In this document: piece after piece, positions 1 through 5,513 of the stretch
Position numbering within the stretch: the first letter of the stretch is position 1
Layout: every line of letters begins with the position of its first letter
Virus record (IMG/VR): IMGVR_UViG_3300037343_000158
Location: 1-60,622 of that record
Direction: 5' to 3' (one strand)
DNA: 60,622 nucleotides
Source of the DNA: a virus
Lineage: Duplodnaviria; Caudoviricetes
The notes under the pieces: generated by a model
Told to the model about the DNA's origin: nothing
What the model saw: the letters and a program-made list of their open reading frames with translations, nothing else
Database searches by the model: none
Translations under genes and position numbers: made by a program

Positions 1-75
1 CCAGACGACCTCACTGAAAAGCTGTGGGCAGACAACGCTGCCAATTACCCTAAGGCGCAATCCACTGGGATTTAG
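1..75 (+). CDS. 3' end of a hypothetical protein (truncated by window start)
   Basis: Frame 1 is open from base 1: PDDLTEKLWADNAANYPKAQSTGI-TAG; converges on ORF 72..299. Confidence 0.45.
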   Translation, partial: PDDLTEKLWADNAANYPKAQSTGI

Positions 76-299
76 CTGTACTGGTGAATCCAAGTGGTAA
101 TAACTTTCTCCCACTCGCGAAAGTTGTCTGTATCTCCGCCAACTTCCAATCCACGCTTCACACTTACTTCGCGTTGATACCGAAGCTCTCCTTCGGAATT
201 ATAAATCTTTAGATTACCTCGCCACATGTTCTCGCCTATTGACTCAATAACTACTGAGTAATTCTCTATCTGGCTTTGCCAAATCATATCTGGTTCCAT
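72..299 (-). CDS. hypothetical protein (75 aa)
   Basis: ORF with AAAGAGGAAA RBS-like sequence upstream of ATG. Confidence 0.65.
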   Translation of the reverse strand: MEPDMIWQSQIENYSVVIESIGENMWRGNLKIYNSEGELRYQREVSVKRGLEVGGDTDNFREWEKVITTWIHQYS

Positions 300-314
300 G
301 GTTTCCTCTTTTTA

Positions 315-334
315 CGGGGTGGGAGCGCGAAAAA
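315..334 (+). repeat. dispersed direct repeat, copy 1 (CGGGGTGGGAGCGCGAAAAA)
   Basis: Matches consensus CGGAGYGNGAGCGCGAAAAA; abuts the stop codon of ORF 335..1054. Confidence 0.85.
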
Positions 335-1054
335 TCACATTCTGGTTCCGAGAGCAGACCTGTACCACTCTCTGCCGTCTTTAACATTATGCACGAACCT
401 GACGTCGGTGACTCCTACAGAGTTCAGCCAATCGGCCCACTTAGGCTCGCAGTCTATGTACTCTCCACCCAAAAGAGCGAACGGGACTTCATACGCGTGC
501 GCAACAATCGCCGCATGCATTGAGCCTGCCAAAACAAACCTTGCTCCAGAGACTTTATCTATGAAGGCCATAATGTCTGCGCGGTCCTCGACAACGGGGC
601 TAAAAAGTGCGTCTGCGCCTAGCTCGTGTATCGAATTGACGTTGTAATCCGACTTGTCCAGAATGTGCCGTACTGCAAACGCAAGACCATTAGGCGAAGA
701 CTTAGGGTAGATTCCTGGAAGCATGTATGCGGGGTCTAAGGTGATTTCAGTTTCAATCCCGTGCTTTCTAAGTTCCGCTTGAGTGTTTGGGCCTCGTACT
801 CCATCAAACTCTGCAGTCTCTAGCAACTCTGGGTCCAAGCTTTCGCCTCTCCAGCCACAGCGGTGAAAGACGGCAATTTTCCCAGCATCGGCAGCAAGCT
901 TAAGGTGCGTGTTGCTTATGACACTTCCAATAGGAAAGTGCACACTGCTAGGGTCCAAAGACCATTCGTGGTGCTTCAAGGGGTCAAGGAACACTTCTGG
1001 CAAAGCGTCACCAAAGTTTCGGGTTACCCCGTCTAGTTTCCATTCGTAAATCAT
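335..1054 (-). CDS. polysaccharide pyruvyl transferase family protein (ExoV-like)
   Basis: Motifs NFGD, IGSVI, GVRGPNT, DPAYMLP, SMHAAIVAHAYEVP, KWADW. Confidence 0.8.
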   Translation of the reverse strand: MIYEWKLDGVTRNFGDALPEVFLDPLKHHEWSLDPSSVHFPIGSVISNTHLKLAADAGKIAVFHRCGWRGESLDPELLETAEFDGVRGPNTQAELRKHGIETEITLDPAYMLPGIYPKSSPNGLAFAVRHILDKSDYNVNSIHELGADALFSPVVEDRADIMAFIDKVSGARFVLAGSMHAAIVAHAYEVPFALLGGEYIDCEPKWADWLNSVGVTDVRFVHNVKDGREWYRSALGTRM

Positions 1055-1087
1055 TAACCCAATCTTATCGGGTGTATGCTGAGTTGT
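1055..1087. promoter_or_regulatory. back-to-back putative leaderless promoters
   Basis: -10 TAAGAT (minus, 1062-1067) 7 nt before ATG 1054; -10 TATGCT (plus, 1075-1080) 7 nt before ATG 1088; no RBS for either gene. Confidence 0.55.
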
Positions 1088-1303
1088 ATGGATGACTACG
1101 AGTACGACGGAAAAGAACGAGACGCCAGACAGTTCGAAGAGAGGATGTCATTAGCATCTTTTAAGGGCAAATCCGTTGAGTACCTTATCCGAGCTGAAAC
1201 TGCTGCGGGCTACGATGTCGGGTTGCACTACGCTCAAATTGCTCAAGCTTACGCAACGCTGGAGCTTGCTCGCGTTACTGGAATTCAAAGGCGCTCTAGT
1301 TAA
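1088..1303 (+). CDS. hypothetical protein (start re-called to ATG 1088)
   Basis: ORF track 1076..1303; the in-frame ATG at 1088 follows a -10 box. Confidence 0.6.
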   Translation: MDDYEYDGKERDARQFEERMSLASFKGKSVEYLIRAETAAGYDVGLHYAQIAQAYATLELARVTGIQRRSS

Positions 1304-1490
1304 ATCTGTCTTCTTGCTCAATCATCTGAACGGCTCTTTTTACAAACTGCTCAGGACTGTTCATCTTCAGCAGAAGCAGGTCCAGCATCAGTAGGGCCAG
1401 GATTCTTCTTTTTTCGTCCTGCACCCCCTGCTGGTAAATCTGCTCCTCTATCATGTTCCTCGGCTGCTTCTCGGTTCCCATGGCACTCAC
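1296..1490 (-). CDS. small hypothetical phage protein (start may be 1481 or 1454)
   Basis: QQGVQDEKRRILALL pattern typical of small phage helical proteins. Confidence 0.5.
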   Translation of the reverse strand: MSAMGTEKQPRNMIEEQIYQQGVQDEKRRILALLMLDLLLLKMNSPEQFVKRAVQMIEQEDRFN

Positions 1491-1587
1491 ATTCGCACTT
1501 AGTCATTTCGCCTTTTACGGCCCAGTTTTCAAACTCAACTCTACAGCCAGCGTGATGTCCCGTTGCGCACCACCCAAAAAAAGCCAT
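1351..1587 (-). CDS. small Cys/His-rich hypothetical protein, possible Zn binding
   Basis: ATG 1587 gives MAFFGWCATGHHAGC...CECECH; in frame with track ORF 1351..1860; overlaps the next gene. Confidence 0.45.
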   Translation of the reverse strand: MAFFGWCATGHHAGCRVEFENWAVKGEMTKCECECHGNREAAEEHDRGADLPAGGAGRKKKNPGPTDAGPASAEDEQS

Positions 1588-1627
1588 ACCTAACCATAAC
1601 TCATTTCTATCCTTCCTTTTTCTCTGT

Positions 1628-1657
1628 CGGAGCGGAAGCGCGAAAAAACGATTTTTG
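1628..1657 (+). repeat. dispersed direct repeat, copy 2
   Basis: CGGAGCGGAAGCGCGAAAAAACGATTTTTG. Confidence 0.85.
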
Positions 1658-1684
1658 AACTTACGAGTACCGCTAAGATAGTCG

Positions 1685-1851
1685 GTGTGGAGGCATGCAC
1701 AACCACTGCGTAATTGGACGGTCGGTTGTGTTTCTTCTCTGCTAGGTAAACCGAAGACAACCGTGAGGAGGTCGGAAAACGTATCTAGGGGAGGTGCCAG
1801 GAAGCATGGATTGGGATTTCTCGATTGGTCTGGCACCTCCGCCTCCACACT
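1685..1851 (+). ncRNA. putative structured non-coding RNA (~166 nt, multi-branch)
   Basis: Perfect 10-bp terminal stem 1685-1694/1841-1850; 7-bp stem 1698-1704/1724-1730; 7-bp stem 1742-1748/1782-1788; CC-GTGA-GG GNRA loop; perfect 11-bp stem 1790-1800/1830-1840; -10 TAAGAT at 1674-1679 just upstream. Confidence 0.6.
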
Positions 1852-1897
1852 CCCCCCCACACCTAAACTCCCCTATTTCTCTGGAAGATTCCCTTTA

Positions 1898-1927
1898 CGG
1901 AGCGAGAGCGCGAAAAAACGAGTTTTG
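1898..1927 (+). repeat. dispersed direct repeat, copy 3
   Basis: CGGAGCGAGAGCGCGAAAAAACGAGTTTTG. Confidence 0.85.
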
Positions 1928-1945
1928 TGGTGTAGTATCTATTAT

Positions 1946-2512
1946 ATGACAAATGACAATTCTCAGTGGAGCTACTCCCTGACCCCTCAAGAAGAAGCAA
2001 CTTGCGCTCGCGTTGGCTTTGAACGCCAAGAGCCCTACCTCGCAAGGCCCGAAGCTAATCGAAGATACTCCCAAGGAGACGTTGCAGAGATTTGGCAACA
2101 CTCAGTTGCTGCTGGCTCTGAAATGGCCTTTGCTCGAATGGTTGGCCTTAGTGATTTTGTTCCCCACGTAAACAAGTGGAGGTCCGCTGCAGATGTTCCC
2201 CCCTACGAGATTAGGTATTGCTTTACCAATAAAAGGGTGGACGACTCGACTTGGTCCCTGAGGCATGAAGAAGGCGACGACATAGATGTTGCTTATGTAC
2301 TCCTTGTTGGCGGGCTCGAAGATATGAAGCCGAGGGACAGAGATAACGTATCTCCTCCCTACACAGCGGTTGGGTGGATGTGGGGCTCTGACTGCCGACA
2401 GTCCACTTTTGAGCTTACCCAGATATCTAGCAAGCGCCGTTGGAGAGTTCCCTTTGACCAACTGAGGTCTATGGCAGAAGTGACTTCTCCTCAATACGTT
2501 AACGGAGTGTGA
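1946..2512 (+). CDS. hypothetical protein, possible PD-(D/E)XK (restriction-endonuclease-fold) nuclease; start re-called to ATG 1946
   Basis: AGSEMAFARMVG helix, ADV..YEIR, later GW and WRVP..L motifs; -10 TAGTAT at 1933-1938, 7 nt before ATG. Confidence 0.6.
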   Translation: MTNDNSQWSYSLTPQEEATCARVGFERQEPYLARPEANRRYSQGDVAEIWQHSVAAGSEMAFARMVGLSDFVPHVNKWRSAADVPPYEIRYCFTNKRVDDSTWSLRHEEGDDIDVAYVLLVGGLEDMKPRDRDNVSPPYTAVGWMWGSDCRQSTFELTQISSKRRWRVPFDQLRSMAEVTSPQYVNGV

Positions 2513-2522
2513 GCGCGAAAAA
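2503..2522 (+). repeat. dispersed direct repeat, copy 4
   Basis: CGGAGTGTGAGCGCGAAAAA; contains the TGA of the upstream ORF and its last A is the A of the HNH ATG. Confidence 0.85.
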
Positions 2523-2953
2523 TGCCGAAAAAGGACAGAGAAGACTACAACGCATACATGCGTGAGTATTTAGCTAATCGCTATCGCGAGCGCAGAGAAT
2601 TGCTTATTTTAGAAATGGGCGGAAAGTGCGTTAAGTGCGCCAAGACAAGTGATTTGGAGTTTGACCATATCGACCCCGAAAACAAATCCTTCCCCATATC
2701 CAAAAGGCTCACTAGTGCGAGCATGGATGTTATCCGAGCAGAGAGCTTAAAGTGCCAACTTTTATGCGTCCCATGTCACAAAGAGAAAACCACTAAGGCG
2801 TCTTCCGTTGGGCACGGAGGTGGCAAGACAGGTATGAGAAACTGTCGATGTACTCTCTGTGCACCCCTAAAGAACACTGACGCACGAGAACGTAAGCGTG
2901 CTAAAGCTAAGCAAAAAGCCCTATCTATTGCTTTGACTTCACAGGGAGAGTGA
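2522..2953 (+). CDS. HNH endonuclease
   Basis: CVKC...LEFDHIDP...KCQLLCVPCHKEKT; extra C-terminal HG...CRCTLC motif. Confidence 0.85.
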   Translation: MPKKDREDYNAYMREYLANRYRERRELLILEMGGKCVKCAKTSDLEFDHIDPENKSFPISKRLTSASMDVIRAESLKCQLLCVPCHKEKTTKASSVGHGGGKTGMRNCRCTLCAPLKNTDARERKRAKAKQKALSIALTSQGE

Positions 2954-2973
2954 GCGCGAAAAAACGGGTTTTG
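2944..2973 (+). repeat. dispersed direct repeat, copy 5
   Basis: GGGAGAGTGAGCGCGAAAAAACGGGTTTTG; contains the HNH stop codon TGA. Confidence 0.85.
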
Positions 2974-3132
2974 CACGAAGTTTTATAGGGGCATTTTCCT
3001 TGTATTTACTGGGCAAAGTGCCTAAATTGTACGAACTCCAAATGAACATTAGGTATAATACAAATAAGTAATACAGTTTTAGACATAACACTGTATGATA
3101 TAGTCTAGTTAAACGACAGAAAGAAGGTAATT

Positions 3133-3339
3133 ATGAGTATCAATTGGAAAGCACCATTCGAGTTTGCATTTGAGCTAGGTATGTTCCTGCTCGGCTCTAT
3201 TTTGGTCCTCGCTATCGGCATCATCGCCATTGTTTTGGTCTACGGTTTGGTCAAAAGCCTCTTCGTAACCTTAGGCAAAGCGAAGAATAAGAAGAGCGAA
3301 GACAAGAAAAGCTTTTTCAAGATGCACTCGGTAGACTAG
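3133..3339 (+). CDS. small membrane protein
   Basis: Long hydrophobic segment plus Lys-rich tail; AGAAGG RBS. Confidence 0.7.
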   Translation: MSINWKAPFEFAFELGMFLLGSILVLAIGIIAIVLVYGLVKSLFVTLGKAKNKKSEDKKSFFKMHSVD

Positions 3340-3345
3340 GAACTA

Positions 3346-4068
3346 ATGACAGTCTTTAACTCAGACATGACCGTAGAGCTGGTCAAGCACAGTGCGTCAG
3401 ATACCGATGTAATCTTCGCTGCCAAGGTTTCAACCCAAGGCGAGCGCTCATTTCACGGCAACGAGGGGTTCTCCGAGGACGCGTCAGACAGGCAAGCTGG
3501 TCTAATCAACTGGCTGGTTCGCGACCGTCACGGTTCTCCTTTCGAGCACTCTGTCTTTACTTTTTATGTAAAAGCCCCTATTTTTGTTTGGAGAGAGCAC
3601 ATGCGTCACCGCATGGCTAGCTACAACGAAGAGTCGGGACGATACAAGAAGCTAGAGGCAGAGTTCTACGTTCCAGACGTATCTCGCAACCTTATCCAGA
3701 CTGGCAAGCCAGGAGCTTACGTATTTAGTGCAGGCACCCCTGAGCAGTACGAAGTTGTGTCTAACAGCTTTGTTACTTCCTGCGAAAGTGCTTACGCAGA
3801 ATACACAGGGATGCTGGACGCGGGAGTTGCCCGAGAGGTGGCCAGAGCAGTTCTGCCCACAACCATTTACTCATCGGCATACGTCACCATGAACGCCCGC
3901 GCTCTTATGAACTTTTTGTCACTGCGTCGCAACGTAGAAGGTCAAAGGTTTCCGTCATACCCACAGCGCGAGATTGAGATAGTCGCAGAGAAATACGAAG
4001 CCATCTTCGAGGAGCTCATGCCATTGACCCACAAGTCTTTTGTTGCGAACGGAAGAGTAGCTCCGTAA
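3346..4068 (+). CDS. thyX: flavin-dependent thymidylate synthase ThyX
   Basis: HGSPFEH, RHRMASYNEESGRY (RHRx7S), REVARAVLP, NARALMNFLSLR, QREI. Confidence 0.95.
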   Translation: MTVFNSDMTVELVKHSASDTDVIFAAKVSTQGERSFHGNEGFSEDASDRQAGLINWLVRDRHGSPFEHSVFTFYVKAPIFVWREHMRHRMASYNEESGRYKKLEAEFYVPDVSRNLIQTGKPGAYVFSAGTPEQYEVVSNSFVTSCESAYAEYTGMLDAGVAREVARAVLPTTIYSSAYVTMNARALMNFLSLRRNVEGQRFPSYPQREIEIVAEKYEAIFEELMPLTHKSFVANGRVAP

Positions 4069-4742
4069 TGACTGAAGGCATTGCTTATTGCTATGCACGA
4101 GTCTCAACTCAAATGCAAGCAACAGACGGTATGAGTCTTGGAGCTCAGGAGAAGCAGCTAATCGCTGCCGCTGAGTTGGCTGGCTATACGCCTGTAATTC
4201 TTAGAGAAGAGGGGCGCTCAGGGAAGAGTATTCAAGGTAGACCAGTGCTGAAGAAGGCACTGGAAGAACTTGACTCTGGGCTTGCTCAGGCTATGTATGT
4301 CACAAGGTTGGACCGACTAGCTCGCTCCACTCGAGACTTTCTCAGCATTGTTGACCGTTCTCATAAGTATGAATGGCGATTAGCCCTGCTTGACCTTGGG
4401 CTAGACACTGCCACATACCAAGGAAGATTCGTCGTCACAATAATGTCAGCCATGGCTGAGATGGAAAGAGGAATGATTTCTCTACGCCAGAAGGATGTCC
4501 ATCAAGACCGACGTGATAACGGCAAAGTCTGGGGAGTTGACATTGGCCCTAAGTCAGTACTGGACATAGACCTAAAGCAAAGAATTTGGAATGAAAGAAA
4601 CGCTGGTCTTTCTTTTAACGTTATAGCTCAGAAGCTGAACAAAGAGGGAGTCCCAACAACTAACAAAGGTAAAGAGTGGTACGCAAGTACTGTTCGATAC
4701 GTCTTTGTGGCATTCTCTAAAGAAGTCACTGATGTTGTCTAG
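4068..4742 (+). CDS. serine recombinase (resolvase catalytic domain plus short recombinase-type DNA-binding domain)
   Basis: YARVST catalytic Ser, GRPVL, RLDRLARS, AEMER, IAQKLNKEGVPT...WYASTV; TAATG overlap with thyX. Confidence 0.9.
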   Translation: MTEGIAYCYARVSTQMQATDGMSLGAQEKQLIAAAELAGYTPVILREEGRSGKSIQGRPVLKKALEELDSGLAQAMYVTRLDRLARSTRDFLSIVDRSHKYEWRLALLDLGLDTATYQGRFVVTIMSAMAEMERGMISLRQKDVHQDRRDNGKVWGVDIGPKSVLDIDLKQRIWNERNAGLSFNVIAQKLNKEGVPTTNKGKEWYASTVRYVFVAFSKEVTDVV

Positions 4743-4743
4743 C

Positions 4744-4899
4744 TCAGGACTTTTTATCCAGGTCACGCACTGAGACTAGCCAGTCGTCTTTCAACTTAGC
4801 AACCGCCGAGAGCAAAACAAGTCCAGACATTACCAATAACAGAACCCACAGGATTGCCAGCACCCCAGCCACAATCAAAAGAATAATTAAAAAGTCCAT
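4744..4899 (-). CDS. small membrane protein (51 aa, not in ORF track)
   Basis: MDFLIILLIVAGVLAILWVLLLVMSGLVLLSAVAKLKDDW...; -10 TATCAT 6 nt upstream of ATG. Confidence 0.6.
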   Translation of the reverse strand: MDFLIILLIVAGVLAILWVLLLVMSGLVLLSAVAKLKDDWLVSVRDLDKKS

Positions 4900-5029
4900 A
4901 AGTAAATGATACAACTTTTCGGAACTGACACGCGATAATACATGCGGTAAACCTTAAGGTTATAGATTAGGTTTAGGGACTTACGTATGATAGTCTTGAA
5001 AGTGGACAATCTGGGATACAAAGACATAG

Positions 5030-5506
5030 ATGGAGAATGACATGAGCTATGAGCTCGTAGAAGAATACGCAACAATGATTGTGCCTATACTACCTCAGGC
5101 AAAGCAGGCGTATGGTGCTCGTAACCAGTCCTCGCCAGCCCACGAAGCAAGCAGGGAGTACACCCGATTGCTCACAGAGTTTTACAACAAAGGTGGAAGT
5201 CTTCCTTTGCTTGCAAAGAAACTAGAAGTAGCGTATGCGGGAGTTCGCCGTCGCGTTGTTATGAATGACATTACTGTGTCAGCTTTCAGGCCAAAGGTTC
5301 GCGTAAAAAATCAGGACATCAAATCAGCTGCGTCTCGAGTGACTTCTGCTCGTAAAAAAGACGGAGACCTGTATCACGACCAGTTGGCTGAGGAATACCA
5401 GAACGGTATCTCTCTTTCTAACTTGGCAAAGGAATTAGGACTCAGCTCAGCTGCACCCCTGTATTATGGAGTTCAGAGAAGTTTGCAACGTAACTCAAAG
5501 AAGTAG
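5030..5506 (+). CDS. tandem-HTH DNA-binding protein (candidate terminase small subunit or regulator)
   Basis: Two HTH-like segments (GGSLPLLAKKLEV, GISLSNLAKELGL); immediately upstream of TerL. Confidence 0.55.
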   Translation: MENDMSYELVEEYATMIVPILPQAKQAYGARNQSSPAHEASREYTRLLTEFYNKGGSLPLLAKKLEVAYAGVRRRVVMNDITVSAFRPKVRVKNQDIKSAASRVTSARKKDGDLYHDQLAEEYQNGISLSNLAKELGLSSAAPLYYGVQRSLQRNSKK

Positions 5507-5513
5507 GTGACCT

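Noticed and set aside
276-647. 123-aa plus-strand ORF
   Set aside because: Antisense to the pyruvyltransferase, runs through repeat 1, no recognisable motifs
1751-1780. Hammerhead-like core (CCGAAGA...GAAAAC) in the RNA candidate
   Set aside because: Core deviates from CUGANGA, stem II lacks the proper closing pair, and I could not build stems I and III
1685-1945. N-terminal 87 codons of track ORF 1685..2512, and 1588..1860 of the minus-strand ORF
   Set aside because: They run through a repeat and a strongly base-paired region; better starts exist at 1946 (+) and 1587 (-)
315-2973. 20-bp repeats as a CRISPR array, with the Cas4-like gene at 42362..43288
   Set aside because: Spacing is 270-1313 bp and contains whole genes; no cas operon; the Cas4-like nuclease sits in a standard phage recombination module
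2974-3132. AT-rich intergenic region as replication origin
   Set aside because: Only promoter-like boxes (TATAAT, TATGAT) and a weak inverted repeat; no iterons to support an origin call
4068-5030. Integration cassette (integrase plus attP) indicating a prophage
   Set aside because: Recombinase lacks large-serine-integrase C-terminal domains; no host genes or att site are recognisable
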